From: an uncultured Candidatus Saccharibacteria bacterium
Lineage (GTDB): Bacteria; Patescibacteriota; Minisyncoccia; Phycocordibacterales; UBA2100
DNA length: 64,000 nt
Assembly (NCBI GenBank): GCA_964623775.1
Contig: CAZUVH010000001.1
Span: 284,784 to 348,783, forward strand
Direction of reading: 5' to 3'
Shown: in pieces, positions 9,579 to 18,330 of the stretch
Position numbering within the stretch: position 1 is the first letter of the stretch
Layout of the letters: each line of letters starts with the position of its first letter
Notes under the pieces: generated by a model
Seen by the model: only the letters and a program-made list of their open reading frames with translations
What the model was told of the DNA's origin: nothing
Database searches by the model: none
Translations under genes and position numbers: made by a program

Positions 9579-11380
9579 TGGAAGCGATACTCACCAAGCA
9601 TTTTTTTAAGCAGTTCAGTGCTCTTCTGCGCCTCGGCAAGAAGGCGTACGGCCCGTACAAGAAGCAGATTCTCATACTAACCGCACTCGGATTCATAGGA
9701 GGTATTTTCGAGAGTGTCGGTATCAGTGCTGCAATCCCGCTTCTCACATCCGTACTCGCGCTTCACAGTCCTGCATCCGACGTGCTCTCTGTTGCAATGC
9801 AGGGAGTATTTACGTTTCTTGGTGTGCCATTCGTTCCGAGAAATCTTCTCATATTCATCGTGCTGCTCTTCATTGCAAAATCACTGACCTCGCTCTATTT
9901 CAGCTACGTGCAGATCAAGATTACGACGGAATATGATCGCGAGATGCGTGCGCGCACTTTTAGCAGGGTACTGCGGGCGTCGTGGCCGTATTTGATAAAG
10001 CAAAAACTCGGCAATCTCGAGACGCTTCTCATGCTTGATGTTCCGATAAGTACGAGTCTTCTCGTTAAAGTCAGCGCGATGATCACGTTGATTTCAAGTG
10101 TCATCGTGTATTTCATTTTTGCATTCTCAATCTCAGGACTGATCACTGTCATTACATTTGTGATCGGCATTCTCATTTTCTTCTTCATGCGACCGATCAA
10201 TGATCGTGTCCATACGATGGCCAAAGATCGTGCGACCACATACCGAGATACGGTACACCACGTGTCAGAACACGTGAGCGGATTGAAGACCGTAAAGGCA
10301 ATGTACGTAGAGAATGCTGCGATACGTCATGGCGATACTTTGTTTGAGGCGATCAAAGATTACAACCAGCGAATTCAATTCCTCCAGCAGATTGCGGCTC
10401 AGGCAATCCCGCCGATCGGAGTCATCTATATAGGTCTGATTTTGTCACTCGCATTCAAGACACCGTTTATTTCCATCGCCGCATTGCCTGCGGTCCTCTA
10501 TCTCATCTATCGTATTTTCGCCTACATCCAGCAGATGCAAAATAACTTCCAATCGATAAGCGAATACATTCCACACCTTGAACGAGTTATTTACTACGAC
10601 AGTATGGCAGATGATACGCGAGAGGTCGTCTCTGGCTCGTCGCCCTTCTCGTTCTCGAAGGAGATATCTTTTGAGAATGTTTCTTTTTCGTACGATGGTG
10701 CAAAAAATGTTCTCGATAATGTGACTCTCTCAATCCCCAAGGGATCCATGGTCGGAATTGTGGGACCTTCCGGTGCCGGTAAGACCACGTGCGTCGACCT
10801 CATGCTTCGACTCCTCGAGCCCTCAAGTGGTTCAATAAAATTGGACGGTGTGCACAGTAGTGATATCGCTCTCAAGGACTGGCGCCGACACATCGCGTTC
10901 GTATCGCAAGATCTCTTTCTTATTCACGGCACCATAAGGGACAATATCCGCTTTTATGACGACACCATTACCGATGATGGTATCTGGAAGGCGGCGGAAA
11001 TGGCACGAATTGCTGATTTTATCCGCGAGTGTCCGGAAGGACTTGATACAGCTGTTGGCGATCGGGGCATCATGCTCTCCGCTGGCCAGCGTCAAAGAAT
11101 CGTCATCGCTCGGGCACTCGCGCGTCAACCTGAAGTCCTTATTCTCGACGAGGCGACGAGTGCGCTCGACAATGAATCTGAGGCGCACATCAAGCGTGTC
11201 ATTCAGGAATTGAAGGGCCAGCTTACCATCGTCGCGATCGCCCACAGGCTCTCGACGATCATGGATTCAGATCAGCTCATAGTCTTGCAGGATGGTCGTG
11301 TCGTCGAGACTGGCGCGCCAAAAGAGCTCCTTGGAAATACGAATTCGTATTTCTACAAGGTCTATACGATCGGCCAGTAG
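9578..11380 (+). CDS. ABC transporter permease/ATPase (MsbA/PglK-like glycan flippase)
   Basis: N-terminal TM domain; GPSGAGKT, LSAGQRQR, ILDEATSALD, IAHRL. Confidence 0.9.
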   Translation: MEAILTKHFFKQFSALLRLGKKAYGPYKKQILILTALGFIGGIFESVGISAAIPLLTSVLALHSPASDVLSVAMQGVFTFLGVPFVPRNLLIFIVLLFIAKSLTSLYFSYVQIKITTEYDREMRARTFSRVLRASWPYLIKQKLGNLETLLMLDVPISTSLLVKVSAMITLISSVIVYFIFAFSISGLITVITFVIGILIFFFMRPINDRVHTMAKDRATTYRDTVHHVSEHVSGLKTVKAMYVENAAIRHGDTLFEAIKDYNQRIQFLQQIAAQAIPPIGVIYIGLILSLAFKTPFISIAALPAVLYLIYRIFAYIQQMQNNFQSISEYIPHLERVIYYDSMADDTREVVSGSSPFSFSKEISFENVSFSYDGAKNVLDNVTLSIPKGSMVGIVGPSGAGKTTCVDLMLRLLEPSSGSIKLDGVHSSDIALKDWRRHIAFVSQDLFLIHGTIRDNIRFYDDTITDDGIWKAAEMARIADFIRECPEGLDTAVGDRGIMLSAGQRQRIVIARALARQPEVLILDEATSALDNESEAHIKRVIQELKGQLTIVAIAHRLSTIMDSDQLIVLQDGRVVETGAPKELLGNTNSYFYKVYTIGQ

Positions 11381-11413
11381 CTCGCTAGGGGAGGATGCTA
11401 TACTATGACCCTC

Positions 11414-12049
11414 ATGAGGTCTCCTTTTGTGACTATCATCGACTACGGCATGGGTAACGTCGGATCAGTACGCAATGCCCTCGAAGCGCTCGGGGCCAAG
11501 GTAAAAATATCGTCCACTCGGGAGGATATTGAGGGCGCGACGCATCTCGTCTTGCCCGGCGTCGGCTCCTTCACGGAAGGAATGAAAAACTTGGAAAAGA
11601 GCGGCGCAATCCAACCATTAACGGAAGCTGTTATCCGGGATAAAAAACCGATTCTTGGCCTTTGTCTTGGGATGCAGATGCTTGCTGAGACGGGTCAGGA
11701 AGGTGGCACCACAAAAGGCTTGGGGTGGGTCAAGGGTGTTGTGAAGCGTCTTGATGTGGATGAAGCCAGATTCCATGTACCACACATCGGGTGGAATGAC
11801 GTCGAGGCGAAATCAACATCTGTCTTGCTCGCAGGTATTAAGCGCACGATCTTTTATTTTGTGCATAGCTATTGTTTCTTTGCTGCAAGCGACACTGTTG
11901 TTGCTGGCACGACGGAGTACGGAGAAAAATTTGCCACAGTCGTCGAGCAAGGCAATATTTTTGGTGTCCAGTTTCATCCTGAGAAGAGCCAGGAGGATGG
12001 ACTGTCGCTCCTGAAGAATTTTTTACGGGTTAGCAACGCTGTGGTATGA
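11414..12049 (+). CDS. hisH: Glutamine amidotransferase HisH-like (glycan-locus paralog, WbuY-like)
   Basis: DYGMGN, LPGVG, CLGMQ, YFVHSY, QFHPEKS. Confidence 0.85.
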   Translation: MRSPFVTIIDYGMGNVGSVRNALEALGAKVKISSTREDIEGATHLVLPGVGSFTEGMKNLEKSGAIQPLTEAVIRDKKPILGLCLGMQMLAETGQEGGTTKGLGWVKGVVKRLDVDEARFHVPHIGWNDVEAKSTSVLLAGIKRTIFYFVHSYCFFAASDTVVAGTTEYGEKFATVVEQGNIFGVQFHPEKSQEDGLSLLKNFLRVSNAVV

Positions 12050-13224
12050 AAAAAAATTTCGATCACACGCGCATTCTCAATAATCTCAGGCGCTGCACGC
12101 GCTGTACGCTTCCCGAAACGCACGAGACTATTCAGTTCGATGAAGAGGGTGTGTGCAACATTTGTCACAATGCTACGTACAAGAAGGAGAAGGTGGACTG
12201 GAAGCATCGTCGGAATGAACTCGAGAAATTGGTTGAGCAACACCGAGGTAAAGGCGATTATGACTGCCTCGTCCCTTTCAGTGGTGGCAAGGATTCTACA
12301 TTCACACTCTGGTATATCGTGCGGGAGCTCGGATTGAAGCCGCTTGTCGCCAGCTTCGATCACGGTTTCTATAGGCCTGGCACACTCGAGAACAATGAGC
12401 GGACGATGCGCAAACTCGGTGTTGATTTCATAAAATTTCGCACCGATTGGCGCATAGTGCGCAAACTCATGCTCGAGTCACTTCGACGAAAGGGTGATTT
12501 TGATTGGCACGCTCATGTGGGCACTTTCGTATTTCCCTTACAGGTGGCCGTAAAGTACCAGATCCCCCTTATTTTCAAGGGAGAGCCGACCTCGGAATAT
12601 ACGGCGTATTCTTCTTACGAGGAGATTGAAGAACAGGATGTGAAGAAACACCACCAGATCAATGATCTAGGTATCGCCGCAGAAGATATGGCGGGGTTCT
12701 TGAAAAAAGACGGCGTTACGCTTCGAGATCTAAAGGCGTACATCTACCCTGGGGCACGCGAAGTGCGGGCGCTCGGAGTACGTCAGGTGCCTCTCGGCTC
12801 GTTCATTCCATGGGATGTGCAATCAAATTACGAGATTATTCATCGCGAACTTGACTGGCAAGGGGCGCGGGTTGAAGGCGTGCCGCCGCAATATCCTTAC
12901 GAGAAGGTCGAATACCAGCTGCAAGGACAGCGCGACTACATCAAATTCATCAAGCGCGGATACGCCCGCACGACGCACCTCACGAGCATCGATATCCGCA
13001 ATGGTCGCATGACCCGCGAAGAAGCGGTGAAGCTCATAGAAAAGTACGAGGGTAAGCGGCCGCAGAGTCTGCCGTATCTCCTAAAAATACTTGGGATCGA
13101 CGAGAAGGAATGGCGGGAGATCGCCGTGACGCAAGCCATCCCTCCGTATGTGCACGATTTCTCAAAAGAACAGGATGACGAAGTGCTTCCGGATATGGCG
13201 CAGTGGGAGCAAAATCCGGACTAA
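12046..13224 (+). CDS. N-acetyl sugar amidotransferase (WbuX/PseA family)
   Basis: CTRC, GVCNIC, YDCLVPFSGGKDS PP-loop, DIRNGRMTREEA. Confidence 0.9.
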   Translation: MKKNFDHTRILNNLRRCTRCTLPETHETIQFDEEGVCNICHNATYKKEKVDWKHRRNELEKLVEQHRGKGDYDCLVPFSGGKDSTFTLWYIVRELGLKPLVASFDHGFYRPGTLENNERTMRKLGVDFIKFRTDWRIVRKLMLESLRRKGDFDWHAHVGTFVFPLQVAVKYQIPLIFKGEPTSEYTAYSSYEEIEEQDVKKHHQINDLGIAAEDMAGFLKKDGVTLRDLKAYIYPGAREVRALGVRQVPLGSFIPWDVQSNYEIIHRELDWQGARVEGVPPQYPYEKVEYQLQGQRDYIKFIKRGYARTTHLTSIDIRNGRMTREEAVKLIEKYEGKRPQSLPYLLKILGIDEKEWREIAVTQAIPPYVHDFSKEQDDEVLPDMAQWEQNPD

Positions 13225-13229
13225 ATATG

Positions 13230-13528
13230 CCCCAACACACGAAATGACCTTGTTATGTTCTACGTATACATATTGAAAAGCCGCAAAGATGAAAAATTGT
13301 ACATTGGATACACCAGTGATTTGAAGCGGCGTGTTTCCGAACATAACGAAGGTCAGAACATCTCCACAAAACCCAGACGACCGCTCGATTTGCTATATTA
13401 CGAGGCATACATGTCTCAGGCAGATGCAAAAAAGCGCGAATTTAATCTGAAGAATTCTGCCGGTGCCAAAACTGCACTTAAACGTCGATTACCAGCAAGC
13501 CTGAGACTAGGTCATTTCGTGTGAGGGG
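13230..13528. mobile_element. Mini insertion element: TIRs + 4-5 bp direct repeat, encoding a GIY-YIG nuclease only
   Basis: 15-bp perfect IR CACACGAAATGACCT (13236-13250) / AGGTCATTTCGTGTG (13509-13523), CCCC/GGGG termini, flanking TATG(C) direct repeats at 13226 and 13529. Confidence 0.7.
13255..13524 (+). CDS. GIY-YIG nuclease family protein
   Basis: YVYIL...LYIGYTSDLKRR..EHN.G...T..RRP..L.YYE......A..RE..LK. Confidence 0.9.
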   Translation: MFYVYILKSRKDEKLYIGYTSDLKRRVSEHNEGQNISTKPRRPLDLLYYEAYMSQADAKKREFNLKNSAGAKTALKRRLPASLRLGHFV

Positions 13529-13529
13529 T

Positions 13530-14300
13530 ATGCTCAAAGTGCGCGTCATTCCCGTGCTACTTCTCAAAGACGAGCGCCTGGTCAAGCCGATTAAGTTCGG
13601 CGAAGGTGGCGAGCGCGATGTCGGATGGCCCGTTACCACTGCCCGTATCTACAACTCCCAGGATGCTGACGAGCTCATTTTTCTTGATGTCGAGGCATCT
13701 ATGCACGGCCGAGAATTTCTCGCGTCGACATTGCGAGAGATCGCCTCGGATTGCTTCGTGCCAATTACCGCAGGTGGCGGTATTCGATCCTTGAAGGCGA
13801 TTCAGGACGTGCTTTCGCTTGGGGCGGACAAGGTATCAATAAATGCCTATGCCGTCGAGAACCCCGCTTTCATTACGGAAGCTTCAGAGCGTTTCGGCGC
13901 GCAATGTATCGTGGTCTCAATTGACGTACGAAAAAAAGTGGATGGTTCTTGCGAGGTTTTCACGCATCGCGGCACTGTCCCGACAGGTCTCGAGCCCGTC
14001 GAGTGGGCAAAGCGTGTCGCTGAGCTCGGTGCAGGGGAGATATTATTAACGTCGATCGATCGAGAGGGCACTCTATCGGGGTACGATCTTGAGCTTACTC
14101 GCCTCGTATCGGAATCGGTGCGCATCCCTGTCATAGCGCACGGTGGTGCCGGGACCAGACAGCATTTTGTCGATGCTGTGCAGCAGGCAGGGGTTTCAGC
14201 TGTAGCCGGGGCGTCCATTTTCCACTTCTCGGATTCGAATCTTTCACAGGTAAAGTCGTTTATGTATAATGCCGGCCTTCCTGTACGGCCCGTTGTATGA
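13530..14300 (+). CDS. hisF: HisF-like cyclase subunit (glycan-locus paralog, WbuZ-like)
   Basis: MLKVRVIP, ADELIFLD, GGGIR, GADKVSIN, GAGEILLTSIDREG. Confidence 0.85.
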   Translation: MLKVRVIPVLLLKDERLVKPIKFGEGGERDVGWPVTTARIYNSQDADELIFLDVEASMHGREFLASTLREIASDCFVPITAGGGIRSLKAIQDVLSLGADKVSINAYAVENPAFITEASERFGAQCIVVSIDVRKKVDGSCEVFTHRGTVPTGLEPVEWAKRVAELGAGEILLTSIDREGTLSGYDLELTRLVSESVRIPVIAHGGAGTRQHFVDAVQQAGVSAVAGASIFHFSDSNLSQVKSFMYNAGLPVRPVV

Positions 14301-14848
14301 CAAAAAAGATTCCTGCAAAAATACTTAGAGGCGAAAAGTGTTCGATTCGTCCTATCGCTTTGTCTGATGTCACCTCAAAGTATGTGCGGTGGCTGAACGA
14401 CAAAGAGGTCAATCAGTATCTTGAAAGCCGATTTTCTCGCGCGACGCTTCCTGGAGTGCGTGCGTACATCAAAAAGGCGATCAAGGATTCGGACACGTAC
14501 TTATTTGCGATTATCGATTCAAAAACAGGTGAACATATAGGCAACATCAAACTTGGCCCAGTCAATCTGCACCACCAATGCGCAGAGATCGGTTTTTTCA
14601 TCGGTGAGAAAAGCTTCTGGGGGAAGGGCTATGCGAGTGAGGCGATCCGACTTATTGAGCAATTTGCCTTTAACGATTTGAAGCTGCATAAACTTACCGC
14701 TGGTGCATATGCCAACAATATCGGGTCAGTGAAACTTCTTGAGAAATGTGGATTTAAAAAGGAGGGTGTCATGAAAGACAACTGTTTCTTTGAGGGCGGA
14801 TTTGTCGATGGTATTCGATTCGGTAAACTTAGTGGACGTAAGATATGA
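14297..14848 (+). CDS. GNAT family N-acyltransferase
   Basis: YVRWLND, HIGNIKL, WGKGYASEA, LEKCGFKKEG. Confidence 0.85.
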   Translation: MTKKIPAKILRGEKCSIRPIALSDVTSKYVRWLNDKEVNQYLESRFSRATLPGVRAYIKKAIKDSDTYLFAIIDSKTGEHIGNIKLGPVNLHHQCAEIGFFIGEKSFWGKGYASEAIRLIEQFAFNDLKLHKLTAGAYANNIGSVKLLEKCGFKKEGVMKDNCFFEGGFVDGIRFGKLSGRKI

Positions 14849-16272
14849 AAATAGCGCTATTGTGGACTACACCGGATGAAAAAATAAAAGTGGTACTTGA
14901 CGCGTTCAAAGATGCGGGTCATGAAGTAGTCTACTGGGTTGCTTTCGATGAAAACAAACATCTCATCCCAAATGGCGCAATATTTCATAATCATTTTGAT
15001 GCACTCTCTGCACTTCCTGCAGACAGTTTCAAGAATACAAAGTTCGACCCGCCTTCGGCGGGGTTGATTAAAAAAATGTATCGCACTGAGTCCCTCACGC
15101 TCTCCATGATGAATAAGCATTACAAAGATGCGCCAGTTGACGAGCGACGGCATGTGTACTACACAATGCTTTCGTATTGGAATCGCGTTCTCGACGAGAC
15201 CAAACCCGACGTGGTTATCTTTGGGATCATCCCGCACACGATTTACAATTTTGTTCTTCACGAACTCGCGCTCGAAAAGGGAATCAAGACCGTAAGTTTT
15301 GAGGATATCTGGGTAATTCACAGGACTCTCGTATTTCGTAATTTTTGGAAGGGCAGTGAGGAGTTGCAGGAGGTAATAAAAAGAACGGCAAATAAGCCTA
15401 TTTCTGAAAAAGATTTGAGCGAAGAAATGCGCGAGTATTGGGGCAGCCTGGTCGGTAAAACGCCATATGTCGAGCAGCCGTTCATTGCATTACAGCGCAG
15501 GATGGGCGCTGGCTTGGGCTTATTAGCGCATCGCCTTAAAGTCGCTTTGAGAACTCTTGCTAACGGCACTTTTTTTAAATTTGTGTGGGGTTTTGTTTTG
15601 CGAGTCGGGAAACCAAATCTCATTAGGGAATATGCGCACCATATTACAGAAGTTGATTGGGATACTCCTTTTGTATATTTTCCGCTGCACTATCAGCCGG
15701 AGCGCACGACAATGCCGCAAGGAGACATGTATCACGACCAGTTGCTCGTCATTGAAACTCTCTCCGCTTCGCTGCCGGATGGATGGAAAATCTATGTGAA
15801 AGAGCATCCGATGCAATGGTTGATCAGCAACAAGGAACGATATTCTTCATCGCGTTATCGCGGGTATTACGAGAGAATTGCGGCGATACCTAATGTGCTG
15901 CTCGCACCACTTTCTACAGATTCTTTTACACTCATCGAACGCTCAAAAACTGTTGCGGCAATCACCGGAACTGCTGGCTGGGAGGCACTCTCCAAAGGCA
16001 AGTGCACACTCCTTTTTGGTATGCCATGGTATCGCGATTGTCCGGGCGTGTATCGTATCGACTCAGTAGAGTCGTGCAAAAAAGCTCTCGGGGCCATCAA
16101 GGGTGGCGCTCAAGCCGCAAAAGGAGATCTGTTGCGATTTTTGAAGGCATACGATGAGGTTAGTGTACGTGCCTACATCGAACCACCTCTCGAAGATAAG
16201 CCCCTCATCGATGCTGACGAAAACATCCGGATTCTGGCGAAGTACGCGTGCGATTTTCTTAAGAAACTCTGA
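14845..16272 (+). CDS. Capsule-biosynthesis (KpsS/Capsule_synth-like) protein, candidate nonulosonate transferase
   Basis: YFPLHYQPE, YVKEHP, TGTAGWEA motifs; paralog of 36599..38134. Confidence 0.65.
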   Translation: MKIALLWTTPDEKIKVVLDAFKDAGHEVVYWVAFDENKHLIPNGAIFHNHFDALSALPADSFKNTKFDPPSAGLIKKMYRTESLTLSMMNKHYKDAPVDERRHVYYTMLSYWNRVLDETKPDVVIFGIIPHTIYNFVLHELALEKGIKTVSFEDIWVIHRTLVFRNFWKGSEELQEVIKRTANKPISEKDLSEEMREYWGSLVGKTPYVEQPFIALQRRMGAGLGLLAHRLKVALRTLANGTFFKFVWGFVLRVGKPNLIREYAHHITEVDWDTPFVYFPLHYQPERTTMPQGDMYHDQLLVIETLSASLPDGWKIYVKEHPMQWLISNKERYSSSRYRGYYERIAAIPNVLLAPLSTDSFTLIERSKTVAAITGTAGWEALSKGKCTLLFGMPWYRDCPGVYRIDSVESCKKALGAIKGGAQAAKGDLLRFLKAYDEVSVRAYIEPPLEDKPLIDADENIRILAKYACDFLKKL

Positions 16273-16292
16273 TCGTTTGTTAAGATGCAGCA

Positions 16293-17438
16293 ATGATCCT
16301 TTACGAATTCGAGGGAAAGGGAATATTAGAAAAAGCGGGGGTCAGTGTACCTCGGTCGCAGCTTCTTACTTCGTCCGATGAGCGAATCACACTACTATTC
16401 CCGGCCGTTCTAAAGGCGCAGGTACTCTCGGGGAAAAGAGCTGTTGCGGGGGGGATTGTGATCGTCGCCAACGCAGCTGACGCGAAGAAATCTCTTGCAG
16501 AAATGTTTGGCAAGACAATTAATAATGAGAAAGTCGAAAAGATTCTTGTCGAGGAGAGGGTGGATATCGATAAGGAATTCTACGTTTCAATTTCCTACGA
16601 CACTGACACAAGGTCGCCGATACTTTCGATATCAGAATCCGGCGGGACGGGAATCGAGGAAAGGGGTGTTACCGTTGCCCCTATTGATATTCTCGAGAGG
16701 AGTGTCAAATCCGACATCATTGACGGTAAGGTACTAGAGGCTCTTATCGAGACCTTTTTTTCGTCGGACTGCACACTTCTTGAAGTCAATCCGCTCGTGC
16801 GCACCAAAAGTGGTGCTTGGGTTGCGCTTGATGCGAAAATTAAACTTGATGACGAAGCAAAAGCTCGTCATAAGGATTGGACCTATCCACTGAGATTTCC
16901 CTCGGGGAGGACACCGACTCCGCGTGAGATCGATGCAAAAAAAATTGACGATGGCGATTATCGCGGTACAGCAGGGTCCGCGTATTTTGATTTAGATGGC
17001 GACATTGCCATCTTGTCGTCGGGGGGTGGAGTATCACTGACGGCCATGGACGCTCTCATTGCTGTAGGAGGTAAGCCTGCCAACTTTACGGAGTACTCCG
17101 GGAATCCGCCCAAGGAAAAAGTAGTGAAGCTTACGAAAATCGTGCTCTCAAAACCGAATATACGAGGTTTGTGGGTAGTCGGGACTGTCGCTGCAAATTT
17201 CACCGACATTTTCGAGACGCTGTCGGGATTAATCGAAGGATTGCGCGAAGCAGAAAAGGAATTGGGAAAAAAATTCGATTTCCCGATCGTCATCAGACGC
17301 GGCGGACCGCGGGATAAAGAAGCGTTTGAAATGCTACGACAGGTGAAGGATTTCAATCTGATACTTCAGGGGGAAGAAGTTTCCATCGCACAATCAGCGA
17401 GCGTCGTTTACCGTTTAACGAGATCGAGCACGGTATGA
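16293..17438 (+). CDS. ATP-citrate lyase / citryl-CoA synthetase beta-type subunit (ATP-grasp + citrate-binding)
   Basis: LYEFEGK, KAQV, LEVNPL, ALDAK (SucC fold) plus ACL-type SGGGVS, NFTEYSGNP, AANFT, RRGGP. Confidence 0.8.
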   Translation: MILYEFEGKGILEKAGVSVPRSQLLTSSDERITLLFPAVLKAQVLSGKRAVAGGIVIVANAADAKKSLAEMFGKTINNEKVEKILVEERVDIDKEFYVSISYDTDTRSPILSISESGGTGIEERGVTVAPIDILERSVKSDIIDGKVLEALIETFFSSDCTLLEVNPLVRTKSGAWVALDAKIKLDDEAKARHKDWTYPLRFPSGRTPTPREIDAKKIDDGDYRGTAGSAYFDLDGDIAILSSGGGVSLTAMDALIAVGGKPANFTEYSGNPPKEKVVKLTKIVLSKPNIRGLWVVGTVAANFTDIFETLSGLIEGLREAEKELGKKFDFPIVIRRGGPRDKEAFEMLRQVKDFNLILQGEEVSIAQSASVVYRLTRSSTV

Positions 17439-18328
17439 ATCTAAACAAAGGCGTGAAAATAATTGGACAGGGCATAACGGGCAGCGAGGGTTCGCGTGCA
17501 GCTCAGTGGATGCTCGAGTACGGTACGAATCTTGTAGCTGGCGTCACCCCGGGCAAAGGCGGACAGACGGTATGCGGTACGATTCCTGTGTTCAACACGG
17601 TCAAAGAGGCGCAGGATGCAGTAGGACCGATTGACGCCACGGTGGTGTTTGCACCGCCCATGCGGTCCAAAGACGCTGTTGTTGAGGCGATTGATGCGGG
17701 CGTAAAATTGCTAATCGTGATTGCGGAAAAAATCCCGACCCACGACGGCGCCTACATGTATGCGTACGCAAAAAAGCACGGAGCGCAAATCATAGGTCCC
17801 AATACGACTGGCATTGTCAATCCATCAAAAAAGATAAAAGTGGGATTGATGGGCGGCGGTGAGCCGCTCCGGATGTTCCAGCCCGGAGATGTTGCTATCG
17901 TCTCGAAATCAGGAAGCGTGGCTGCCGAAATCGGCGGGATGCTCAAGCGAGCGGGCAGAGGTGTTTCTTGGGCGGTGGGGATCGGCGGAGACAGGATCAT
18001 TGGCTCAACGTACGTGGATATTTTGACCGAGCTTGAAAAGGATGATGATACAAAAATCTCAGTAATTTTTGGAGAGTTGGGCGGTACCTATGAGGAACAG
18101 CTTGCGGTAGCGATAAAGGACGGCAGGATCAAGAAACCGGTCGTTGCATTTATTGCAGGGGAATTTACCGCCTCACTCCCGAGTGAGGTGCAATTTGGAC
18201 ACGCCGGTGCCATAATCGAAGGCGAGCGCGGGAAACCAGAGCATAAAAGAAAAGTGCTTCGCGACTCTGGAGCCCATGTCGCAAATACGATCGATGAGAT
18301 CGTGTCGCTGGTTAAAAAACACATCTAA
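17435..18328 (+). CDS. ATP-citrate lyase / citryl-CoA synthetase alpha-type subunit (SucD fold)
   Basis: QGITG, GVTPGKGG, IGPN, SKSG, GIGGD, GELGG, VQFGHAGA phospho-His motif. Confidence 0.85.
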   Translation: MNLNKGVKIIGQGITGSEGSRAAQWMLEYGTNLVAGVTPGKGGQTVCGTIPVFNTVKEAQDAVGPIDATVVFAPPMRSKDAVVEAIDAGVKLLIVIAEKIPTHDGAYMYAYAKKHGAQIIGPNTTGIVNPSKKIKVGLMGGGEPLRMFQPGDVAIVSKSGSVAAEIGGMLKRAGRGVSWAVGIGGDRIIGSTYVDILTELEKDDDTKISVIFGELGGTYEEQLAVAIKDGRIKKPVVAFIAGEFTASLPSEVQFGHAGAIIEGERGKPEHKRKVLRDSGAHVANTIDEIVSLVKKHI

Positions 18329-18330
18329 CC

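Noticed and set aside
11414-14300. Histidine biosynthesis operon
   Set aside because: The hisH/hisF copies flank WbuX-type amidotransferases and no other his genes are present; they are glycan-modification paralogs.
16293-18328. Ordinary succinyl-CoA synthetase sucCD
   Set aside because: ACL-type ANFT, EYSG and QFGHAG motifs and the adjacent citryl-CoA lyase favour a citrate-cleaving system.
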